64,000 nt of DNA from Eledone cirrhosa (taxonomy: Eukaryota), in assembly GCA_964016885.1 (NCBI GenBank), contig OZ024743.1, positions 46,376,001 through 46,440,000 on the forward strand. The letters are read 5' to 3'. Numbering within the stretch: the stretch's first letter is position 1; each line of letters begins with the position of its first letter. The notes beneath the pieces are model-generated. The model saw only the letters and a list, made by a program, of their open reading frames with translations, was not told where the DNA came from and made no database searches. The position numbers and the translations under genes were made by a program. Shown one piece after another: positions 39,636-51,925 of the stretch.

Positions 39636-42600
39636 TCATCATCATCATCATCACCGTTTTACGTCCGTTCTTCCACGCTAGCATGGGTTAGACGGGTTGT
39701 CCTGTTGTGGGCAGTGTCTGGTCGGCTGACCATGCCTTGCTCATACAGGAACTGATCTGGCTTGATTTCTACAGCTGGATGCCCTTCCTAACACCAACCT
39801 CATTTACAGTGAGTGCTGGGTGCTTTTTCGTGGCGCCTACACGTCCACTTTACAGTGTGGGCTGGGTGCTTTTTTGCCGTGGCACCTCCACGGCCACCTT
39901 GCGGTGGAGGGGGGGGGGGGCATATTGTTTATATGCTTCAGCAAGTACCCATGGGAGGTCGGGTACCCTGTATTACTGCGTGACGCCAGAAGTCACGGTC
40001 GTGTGTCATTGACTTTGAGAGGTGTAGTTGGGTAAGGTCGGCTTTTATCACCTCATCCCAAGTCATCTTGGGTCTCCCCACTCCGCGGTTTCCATCAACT
40101 TCTAGTGCTCTGCACCTTTTTATGCAGCTGTCATCCTTCATACGCATCACATGTCCATACCAGCGTAACCGCCTCTCCTGCACGCAGCATTTGATTCCTC
40201 TTATGCTCAGTCTCTCTCTCAATTCCTTTATGCTTTGTCGTTCACGTATATTACTGTTACACATCCATCGGAGCATGCAGGCTTCGTTTCTCTCTAATCT
40301 ACGTAAGTCTTCCACCTTCAGCGCCCAGGTCTCACTACCATGCAACATCGCTGTTCGGATACACGCATCATACAGTCTGCCTTTCATTCTGAGGGAGAAG
40401 CCTTTTGCAGCTAGCAGTGGTAGTAGTTCCCTAAACTTCTTCCATCCCGTTCTTACCCTAGTTATTGTACTTTCTGAGCACCCACCTCCGTTGCTAATTC
40501 GGTCACCTAGGTAGCAGAAGCTGTCTACTGTTTCTACAGGGCCCTCCCAGAGATTGGTGGTACTTGTTTCCTGTGGCTGTTTGCTTGCTGTTTCAGCACA
40601 GCTGCTGCATGTGAATCCTATATTCTTAATTAAGCTTCCTGAGATCCCGCTACATCTCTTGTGTACCCATTGTTTGCATTTGGGGCAGAGAATGGAGTTT
40701 CTACCTACACCTTTCCTACATACTGAGCAAGGCCATTTCCCTGAGGGGATCTGGGTTCTGTTTTCTCGTCTACTTACAAGGACCTTAGTCTTTGTCATGT
40801 TGACTTTGAGGCCCTTTCTCTCTAGTCCCTGCTTCCAGGTTTGGAATTTATTCTCTAGTTCTACCATAGATTCAGCTATGAGTGCGAGGTCATCAGCATA
40901 CAGGAGTTCCCATGGGCATCCGGTCTTAAACTCCTCCGTTATTGCCTGCAGGACTATGATGAACAGGAGAGGGCTAAGAACAGAGCCCTGGTGGACCCCA
41001 ACCTGTACGCTAAATTCCTCGCTATACTCATTGCCAATCCTAACTTTGCTGACTGCTCCCCTATACATGGCTTGTACCGCTTTCACAAGCCATTCATCTA
41101 CTCCTAGTTTTCTAAGAGCCCACCAGATTACTGCACGTGGAACTCTGTCAAAGGCTTTCTCAAGGTCGACAAATGCCAAGTAGAGTGGCTTACTTTTAGC
41201 TAGGTACTTTTCCTGTAATTGCCTCACAAGGAAGAGGGCATCAGTGGTGCCTTTCCCTGGTACAAACCCAAATTGCATCTCGTCTATATTCACCCGGTCC
41301 CTAATCAGCTGTGCTATAACTCTTTCTGTTACTTTCATGACCTGGTCCATCAACTTTATACCTCTATAGTTTCCTCTATCTAGTGCATCGCCTTTACCTT
41401 TGTAGCAGTTGACAATGATGCTACTGCACCAATCTTTTGGTATGGCCCCCTCTAGTATTACCTGGTTAACGATACGTGTGGTTATAGTGTGACCTACAGA
41501 CCCAGATGCCTTCAGCATCTCGGCAGCTATACCCGATGGACCGGTTGCCTTCCCTATCTTCATATCTCTGATTGCCTTACTTACTACGCTGCCGCTGACT
41601 TGTACTGCTGGGCCCTCTATAGGGTCTACGTGGGGTAGGGTCTCTTCTTCCCATGCATTCTCCTCATTTAGTAATCTATCATAATGACTCTTCCATGCAT
41701 CTTTCTTCTCAGCACTTGTGAGGGCAAGCTCACCTTTATCATTCCGGATACACTTCTCTCCAATGACATCACAACTATCTCTGACACACTGCCTCGCAAT
41801 CTTGAATACCTCCTGTTTCTGGTCCTCACGTTGTAAAACATGCTTGAATTTTCTATCCTCTGCTTCCCTCCTAGCTAAGTATACTTGTCGCCTAGCTTCC
41901 CTCTTGGTCTCTATGTAATGTACCCTGCTCCCCCCGTTCTTCCATTCTTTCCATGCCTGTCTCTTGGCCTTGACTGCTTCATCTACCTTATTGTTCCACC
42001 ACCAAGTCACTCTCCTCCTGCTTGAGGTCTTACTCCAGCCACAAACCTCATCCGTCGCCTCTAGTAAGTTATTTTTTAGGAACTCCCAGTTCTCTTCTAC
42101 GTTAAATGTCTCTATCTGTTCTTCTTTACTGTCGTAGGCGTTGAGTAAAATATCTTTAAATCTGTTACTGGTTGAGGGGACTTTCAGCTTCCAGATCTTT
42201 CTTCTCCAGGTTGGCCTCTGTTTCAGGGCTCGTCTAGTTCTGACCGTGAGGTCGCTGACAACTAAGCTATGTTGGGATGTACATTCCTCACTCGGGAAGG
42301 CTTTTGTGTTTACGACCGTCCATCTGTCACGTCCTCTGATGAGGATAAAATCTAACTGACTAGAGTGCTCCCCTGATCTATAGGTGATCAGGTGGTTGTC
42401 GGGTTTTTTAAAGTTTGTGTTACATATCGACATGTCATTGGCGTCGCAGAATTCTAGAAGTCTGAATCCTTCCTCATTCCTTGTGCCAACTCCATGGCCT
42501 CCATGTACTCTATTGAAGCCGTCGCAGTGTTTACCTACGTGTCCGTTAAAATCTCCTGCAATGATTAGGAAGTCCTTGTCGTCTGTTAGAGCAGTAGTGT

Positions 42601-43312
42601 GTATTAGGGACTCGTAAAACCTATCCTTAAGTTCGTCTGGCCTTAAGTTCGTCTGGCAGCCCCGATTGGGGTGCGTAAGCTGATATTATTGTGGTAATTG
42701 TCTTATTCAGGACTAGTCTAAGTTTAATGATTCTTGCATTTACCCTGTACACTGAGATTACTTTATCTACCCACTTGTCAGCTAATAGTATACCTACACC
42801 ACCCATCCCATCGTCATTTCCCACCCAGAAAAATTTGTAGCACTGGCTTTTTCCTACAAGGACTCTAGCAGACCCTCCTCTCCATCTAGTCTCTTGCACA
42901 CAGCATACATCAACTTCCTTTCGCTCTAGCATTTCTACGATTTCTCCTGCTCTTCCTTTCATTGAGCCTACATTGATGGTACCAACTCGGAGTTTTGGGC
43001 ATTTGTCGACACTCGTAGGGGAGGGTCTCTGGGTTGGCGCTTCACGTGGGTGCTTGGTAGCTCGCAGATTCATATTTCATCTATTGATTCAGAGTTGCTC
43101 GTGTATTCCCAGCTCATCCATCCATAACGGTGGGAAAATTGAGGGCTAGAAGAACAGTGGTGGTGGGGTAATGGCAGGGTGTGTTGGGATGCGCCAGAGG
43201 AGGAGAGAGTTAGTTAGGCAGGTAGTAGCAGCAGCAGTGGAAATGGCATGCTAGGTTTGATTGGTCGAATAGACTATGGTGGTGTGTGGGGGTGGGGGGG
43301 AGGGAAATTGTG
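39636..43312 (-). mobile_element. Near full-length RTE-clade LINE (APE endonuclease, RT, PHD finger)
   Basis: VGTINV, VQETRW, SAYAPQ, GDFNGHVG, QFGF, LYADD, C4HC3 finger, GRPKMTW; (GAT)n 3' tail; one 16-bp duplication frameshift at 42625-42656. Confidence 0.96.
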
Positions 43313-44784
43313 AGGTAGGAACTGAGGGTCGCATGGTAAATATCCAAGTTAATACTACATCAGTAAAATTAACAATAATAACGTCATGAAAAAAACTACT
43401 AAGAGAAACCCTAGAAAATTTATCGCTAATACAGCAGGGAAAATTTAACGCTAATACAGCAGGGAACATCATAGTATTAACGACAATATGTAGGCTAAAA
43501 TACCTTCGTAGATTAGATGGATGGCTGGAATAATTGGAGTCAGCTCTAGTGGTACATTTTAGCAGAGAAGAATGGGAAAGTATCTTATCTCTTCAATATT
43601 TTCAGATTGAATGAATTAGGTTAAAGACAGGGTAGTAAGCCTTAAAGAAGTGCATAGAGAGGGGGGGTGGTAGGAACTGAGGGTCGCATGGTAAATAACT
43701 GAGAGAGATACAATAGGATTAGAATACCGCATGGTAAATATCCAAGTTAATACTACATCAGTAAAATTAACAATAATAACGTCATGAAAAAAACTACTAA
43801 GAGAAACCCTAGAAAATTTATCGCTAATACAGCAGGGAAAATTTAACGCTAATACAGCAGGGAACATCATAGTATTAACGACAATATGTAGGCTAAAATA
43901 CCTTCGTAGATTAGATGGATGGCTGGAATAATTGGAGTCAGCTCTAGTGGTACATTTTAGCAGAGAAGAATGGGAAAGTATCTTATCTCTTCAATATTTT
44001 CAGATTGAATGAATTAGGTTAAAGACAGGGTAGTAAGCCTTAAAGAAGTGCATAGAGAGGGGGGGGGGGTAGGAACTGAGGGTCGCATGGTAAATAACTG
44101 AGAGAGATACAATAGGATTAGAATACCGCATGGTAAATATCCAAGTTAATACTACATCAGTAAAATTAACAATAATAACGTCATGAAAAAAACTACTAAG
44201 AGAAACCCTAGAAAATTTATCGCTAATACAGCAGGGAAAATTTAACGCTAATACAGCAGGGAACATCATAATATTAACGACAATATGTAGGCTAAAATAC
44301 CTTCGTAGATTAGATGGATGGCTGGAATAATTGGAGTCAGCTCTAGTGGTACATTTTAGCAGAGAAGAATGGGAAAGTATCTTATCTCTTCAATATTTTC
44401 AGATTGAATGAATTAGGTTAAAGACAGGGTAGTAAGCCTTAAAGAAGTGCATAGAGAGGGGGGGGGTAGGAACTGAGGGTCGCATGGTAAATAACTGAGA
44501 GAGATACAATAGGATTAGAATACCGCATGGTAAATATCCAAGTTAATACTACATCAGTAAAATTAACAATAATAACGTCATGAAAAAAACTACTAAGAGA
44601 AACCCTAGAAAATTTATCGCTAATACAGCAGGGAAAATTTAACGCTAATACAGCAGGGAACATCATAATATTAACGACAATATGTAGGCTAAAATACCTT
44701 CGTAGATTAGATGGATGGCTGGAATAATTGGAGTCAGCTCTAGTGGTACATTTTAGCAGAGAAGAATGGGAAAGTATCTTATCT

Positions 44785-44787
<3 letters not shown>
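43313..44787. repeat. ~398-bp tandem monomers (~3.7 copies) abutting the RTE 5' end
   Basis: gtaggctaaaataccttcg recurs at ~43490, 43888, 44287 and 44684. Confidence 0.93.
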
Positions 44788-44820
<33 letters not shown>

Positions 44821-44872
44821 AGATAAGATACTTTCCCATTCTTCTCTGCTAAAATGTACCACTAGAGCTGAC

Positions 44873-44914
<42 letters not shown>

Positions 44915-45024
44915 GTCAGCTCTAGTGGTACATTTTAGCAGAGAAGAATGGGAAAGTATCTGAGAATTGAACTCACAACCTTTCGATTGCAAGGCCAATG
45001 CTCTAACCACTAAGCCATGTGCCT

Positions 45025-45975
<951 letters not shown>

Positions 45976-46080
45976 TATAAATAAAGTATTTTCATAGGAA
46001 AGGTAAATGAAAAGAGAGTGCTCTATGTAGGCTTCAGACCTTTTTAGTTACGGTATGTAATAAACATCATAAGATAATTA

Positions 46081-46144
46081 ATTCATTTACCAGTTGTTTC
46101 TTAAAGACAGATATTTATATCTGTCTTCAGTCGTCAGAAGGAAT
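46081..46144 (-). ncRNA. Type I hammerhead-like ribozyme (mirror copy)
   Basis: CUGACGA, 13-bp stem II UGAAGACAGAUAU/AUAUCUGUCUUUA, GAAAC-AACUG-GUA. Confidence 0.6.
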
Positions 46145-46721
46145 AATATGGAATGTTTATTAAATATGGATTTGAAAACAAAGTTTAGGATAAATGAAAG
46201 TGAGGCTGAAATCAAATAACAGGCAAAAATTGAGGGGAAAAAAATATAAATAAATATCCAGAACATAAACATACACACACTCAAACATAATTGTTTCTAC
46301 TTTTGGCACAAGGCCAGCAATTACCCAGTGTATTACTGGTACTTTATTTTATCGACCCCGTAAGGATGAAAGGCAAAGTCAACCTCGGCGGGATTTGAAC
46401 TCAGAATGGCAAGGATCGTAACTCTATGCGTCAAAGCATGGCGTCCGACCCTCTACCGATACTGCCAATCCACCGCCCTTCACACCCTTATACATAATAG
46501 TATGTAAACGTATACATTCTCACATAAGTGTATGTATGTGAGAATGTATACGTTTACATACTATTATGTATAAGCGTGTGTTTGAGTGTGTGTATGTTTA
46601 TGTTCTGGATATTTATTTATATTTTTTTCCCCTCAAATTTTGCCCATTATTTGATTTCAGCCTCACTTTCATTTATCCTAAACTTTGTTTTCAAATCCAT
46701 ATTTAATAAACATTCCATATT

Positions 46722-46783
46722 ATTCCTTCTGACGACTGAAGACATATAAATATCTGTCTTCAAGAAACCACTGGTAAATGAAT
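46722..46783 (+). ncRNA. Type I hammerhead-like ribozyme
   Basis: AUUCCUU-CUGACGA-stem II (UGAAGACA/UGUCUUCA)-GAAAC-CACUG-GUA-AAUGAAU; helix I has 6 of 7 pairs. Confidence 0.65.
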
Positions 46784-47599
46784 TAATTATCTTTTGTTGT
46801 TTATTACATAAATATATATATATATATTTAATTAGAAAGTGAACAACACAAAATATAACTACTCCATTACCAAAGGTTTCTGGATCCCAGACAATATTAA
46901 TATACGTCTGGATCGGAGACGTATGTTAATATTATCTGGGATCCAGAAACTTTTGGTAATGGAGTAGTTATATTTTGTGTTGTTCACTTTCTAATTAAAT
47001 AGCTCTGTTCTATACATAGAGCACTCTTTTTTCCTTTGCTTTTCCTTCGGAATTACCTAATATATATATATATATATACACACTCAGTTTCTGTCCACTA
47101 TGTTTGCTCAAAAGGCATTGGTCAACTTGAGGCTACTGTAGAAGACAATTGCCCTGCAGTGGGTCTGAAATTAAAACCACACAGTTTTAATTTCAGCTAA
47201 CTTCTTAAACTCAGGACCATGACACACCCTGATTTCTTTTGTTTATTAAAGAGAGTTCTTTACAACTGTCCTATATATTTAGTTTCATTTAATTTACATT
47301 GGCAGTGATTTCCTATCCAATACAGATAAAGCACAAATTAACTTGCAAATCAGTCAACACTTATTATTTATCAGTTCTTAATTTCAGTTAGAAAATAACA
47401 ATGAATATCCTAAATGGAATTTTATTTCTTCACTATCCCTTCTTCATGAAGTAATTTATTTACTTTATAGCTCTGGAGGAGGAGGAGGAGGCAGTGTTCA
47501 TGACCTTCACAGGCCCTTGAAACCGAAGAGATTAATGCTGTGAAACCTTTGATCTCTGTGGGGATTCAAATAACGCTACAAGGTCTTTTATCCAACACA

Positions 47600-48100
47600 C
47601 TGACTCCTCCTCCTCCTTTCTTCCACTATTCCTGAGAGTCTTCACTCACTCCTTCCAGTGGGTCCTGTCAGAAGCAATCCTCTCCAACTGATCCAGCTGG
47701 ATCCCCAAGTGAGACCAGCCAAGCTCATGGATGTTATCCAACCATTAATCACTCCTTCCAGTGGGTCCTGTCAGAAGAAACCCTCTCCAACTGATCCAGC
47801 TGGATCCCCAAGCGAGACCAGCCAAGGTCATGGATATTATCCAACCATCTTGCTCGGGGTCTACCCCTGGGTCTCCTTCCAGTTGATTTCACATGTAAAA
47901 TCTGTTCAGTAATTCTTTCCTGAGACATTCTAACCACATGCCCATAGTATTAGAGCTGTGATCTCTCAATTCGGAGAAGTAGCAGGTCTACCTGGAGTGA
48001 CTCTCTGATCTCCGAGCTACACAGTCTATTGAGTAAGGTTCCTCCAAAGACCCTTCGGAGGAACCCCCATTCCAGCCACTTGTATTCGCAATCATATTTT
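47600..48100 (-). mobile_element. RTE second-subfamily 3' fragment with ~103-bp internal duplication
   Basis: TGRRPRGRPRARWLDNI; homologous to 29460-29780. Confidence 0.8.
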
Positions 48101-49979
48101 GCCAAATAATCATTTATTGAATAGACTAACTTTCACTCTTGACTAAATGCAATATCATCATCATTTTACATGTTTTCCATCCTGGCATGGATTAGATGGA
48201 TTGTCACAAATCAGGTTAGTTTTCAATTAAAACTACTATCCTCCTAGATGGTAACTTCTTGCTTATACTCCATATATACCTTATGCACTCAGAAAAAACT
48301 ACGGGAAGAAGCTTGATAAGTTTAGAAGAATTTTTAGCAAATGAAAGTTCTTCAGAATAACTATTTAACCATTTCACCATTTCAGACCAATTTTGATTTG
48401 ATGATACAAAACTGTTTAACTTAATTTTTATTAAAATTTTTATCAAAATTTAATGTAAAAATCTTTAAGTTGTGTTCAAAACACCAGCTTATTAATGAGA
48501 AACTAATAAGTTCTGGGCTTCATCCAACCCATGCAAAGCCTGAGAAAATAGATATAAAATGGTAACTTTAACTCCAATTCATTTATAAATATTTGAAGAG
48601 TGATAGAATACATAATGAAGAAAAAATTATCTCTGAAATTTAAGAAGCTAGATAGCTCACTGGTGATATAGCTAGGGAAAAGGTATCAGTCACCTGATAT
48701 CGCAGTTAGGACAGAGGTGAAGTGTATTTTCTTTGAAATGTAGTCTGTGTAAAAATGTTAGATGTCCAACTGTCAACATTATGAAGTCAGGATCATTGTG
48801 CTGTAGGGTCCTGTAAATTGTATTGCATTGATTAAGCAGACATAACTAGGTAAAGGCTGGGTTTAGAGCTAAGAAAAGGATCAAGAGTTAATGTCAGATA
48901 GGGATGTAAATGAAAGTAACAACAGCTAATGGTGGCAAATGATTCATTTTAGTGAGTATGGGAAAGAGGTAAAAAGCAAAAGAAGTGAATCTTAAAATAA
49001 GCAATCATTATATATATATAAGAATATTTATTTTTAATCAACAGCTACAAAATTTAGTAGATAAATTATGTAATATTCATTCATTATTTATTCAAAGTAA
49101 TCTAACTTATTTTACTAACAGGATAAAAAAATATATTCGGGACGCGGTCCCATACTCCTCCCTTTATTATAGTTATGATTTAACCCTTTTGATAACAAAC
49201 TACCTGATAACACCTGGTCCTATGATACAAAATTGTTTATTTTAAAGTGTACATCATCATCATCATATTATGTCCGTTGTTCCACACTTGCATGGGCTGA
49301 ACTAATTATGGTGTGTGATTACTTGATTATGGTCGAGGGGTTCTCGCACATGGCTAAGTTAGCCACTCCACTACCATGCACAACACTAAAATGACTAGTG
49401 TTAGTCTGTATACACAATTAGTGAGAAATTTGTATTGTACATTGCATAGTTTTACTGTCTGGATGCCCTTCCTATCACCAACCACTCTAGAGTGTAGACT
49501 GGGTGCATTATTCTTGCCACCAACACTTGAAATGTTGTCTTACCGAACTAAAGGGTCCTCTCTACACTGTATTAGTTTTTATTCAGAGTGGCTGCTCTCC
49601 TAGATAGGTTGACTACATTTCATCTTACAGAGCCCACGTCTACCCCATACAGATGTATTTTATTCAGAGCCACTGCCCTCCTAGACAGGTTGCCTTCTCT
49701 GCTCAGTATATTTATCTAAAACCTTTCCATCATAGTTCTATGTCAGAATCTTTGTTTAACTGTATCCCAAACACCAGCTTAGCAATGAGAAATTTAGTTA
49801 TTTTACACCATTCCTCCAAATTCTAGAATATTTTCATAATTATTCAAATATTATAGGCAATGTCTTTTATTAGAAATATGGTAATTATCACCATCCCCAT
49901 CATCATTTTAACATCTGCTTCCACACCTACATTTGCATAGATTAGGTAAGTCTTTTCCAGTACAGTATCTCTACACTTG

Positions 49980-50240
49980 TTTTTTACCTATCTACTTTGT
50001 GCAGTTCAGTTTTTTGAGATCATCTTTCACTGCTTCTGCCCACATCTTTCTTTGTCTTCCTGTTCCACAGCTTCCTTCCACTTGGAACTCCAGGAACTTA
50101 CCAAATGCATATCATCCAGATGCATTACATGTCCATACTAATGCAATCTTCTCTACTGCATGCAGCATCTGATTCCTCTTAAGCTCAGTTTTTTTTTCTT
50201 TCAGTTCATCCATGCACACTGACATTACACATCCAACCTT
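49980..50240 (-). mobile_element. Degenerate RTE 3' fragment
   Basis: RRLH*YGHVM and GTGRQRKMWAEAVKDDL remnants. Confidence 0.65.
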
Positions 50241-50924
50241 ACCATACCCTCTGCAGTCACTGCCCATTACAAAAGGGTTAATACAAACATAATGTCCAGT
50301 TCTTAGTCTGAATATTGAACTTGTGATGTTTCACTTAAGTTGTTTAATACACATGATTTTTAATGAAAACACACAAATCTTTTCCTGTGAAAAAGATGTC
50401 TTATCTATTTGTTTTATAATGAATTTCATTAAAAAAAAAAGTTGTATATAAATATATAATTAGTTGAAGGTCGAAATAGTTTGAATTAAATGTTTTCAAT
50501 GTTATCAGTTTCAGACCTCTTGTCACCATTTAAAAACATGTAAGGTTCATTTCTTACACTCTCTTTTTCACTTTGACACTCTCACCTTCTCTCTTATTAT
50601 ATCTCTATTGTTATCACTCTTTCTCTCAACCCAACTATTCACCCTTCTATATTCTCTCTCTCTCCTTCTCTCTCTCTATCTCTCTATCTCTATCTCTCTC
50701 TATATATATATCTATCTATCTACCTCTCCATTTACTCTATATTTTTATTTATCTAACAAGTTCTCTCTCTCTAACATTTAATGCCTACTTTTCAATGTAG
50801 ATATTTGTTGACCAAATATAAAATTTCAGATATTTGCCTATTTTCTTGAGCAAGGAGATTTTACAGTTGGTAACCATAAGGAAGTTGTAGTGATATTGCA
50901 AGTCAATTAAATTACCTTTGGATG

Positions 50925-51200
50925 TAGTAATGAACCCTGCTGTAGGATATAGTAATGTACCATACTATGACACATGATGATGTACCCTGCTGTAGGATAT
51001 AGTAATGCACCTTACTATAGGATATAGAAATGTGCCTTACTAGAAGACATACTGATGTGCCCTGCTATAAGATATAATAATGTACATTGCCATAGGATAC
51101 AGAAATGTACCTTACTATAAGACATACTAATATACTTGAATATAGGATATAATAATGTACTTTACTCTAGGATATATTGATGTACACTACTATAGGATAT
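50925..51200. repeat. Degenerate ~25-bp tandem repeat
   Basis: atgtaccctgctgtaggatatagta-like units, ~10 copies. Confidence 0.7.
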
Positions 51201-51423
51201 AAATATCTTCAGGTCATACAGATGAACTTTATAACCTAGTAATACATGTATTGATTCTGCCTCTGAGTCAATAGATTTATTGAACTGTTAGCCATGTTGT
51301 CAACTATTTGTATCATATCACATATTTTGTGCTGTATCCAGTTCATTATACTTAACTCTCACTGGTTTATTCCATCCTATGACCCTGAACTCTTAATGAA
51401 GTCTTAAGGGTACTATTGTGATA

Positions 51424-51602
51424 TACAAGGGTGGGCTGAAAAGCTCATAGGCTGACTATGAAGGAGTAACGCTAGAGCTGTGAAATCTTGCCTGCATTAA
51501 TTTCAACTCTTCTGCATTGTTTTTTTCCAAGGACTATGTTGAAAAATAAACCTTATTTGGTAATTCCATGAGAGTATCTTGGTCAGCCAATGAACTTTTC
51601 AG
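51424..51602. mobile_element. Mariner-type MITE
   Basis: ctgaaaagctcataggctgacta is inverted relative to tggtcagccaatgaacttttcag; TA at the left end. Confidence 0.6.
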
Positions 51603-51925
51603 AAGATCCTTAGACAGCTTGTCTTGGGCTGATGAATTCAAAGGACAGTGAACCAGAACAAATGCTGCAGACTAAGGTTCTAACAACTGTCAATTTACCA
51701 CCATATTCCACCTAGCTGTCAATAAGTATCACAAATACATATGGCGTCCATCTCTATATTTACCTTTAAAAGTAAAGAATACACTTCTCTGTTGATCAAA
51801 CAGTGACAGTATAGTAGCTGAATTTTACTAACCTCTTAAATTTGCCTCTAGTCAATCTGAAATACAGAAAAGAAAAGAAAAAAAAAGAAAACTCTATGCC
51901 ATACAAATACAACAGACATCAAATT

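Larger units (their letters stand above)
45980..47060. repeat. Large nested palindrome centred at ~46531
   Basis: 46057-46287 mirrors 46575-46810; 46488-46527 mirrors 46536-46575; 45985-46030 loosely mirrors 47010-47058. A SINE interrupts the left arm and a second palindrome (46826-47000) the right arm. Confidence 0.88.

Noticed and set aside
43251-44666. Repeated MMFPAVLAL... ORF as LINE ORF1
   Set aside because: Short, with variable ends caused by poly-C length changes and no domain; a product of the monomer repeat.
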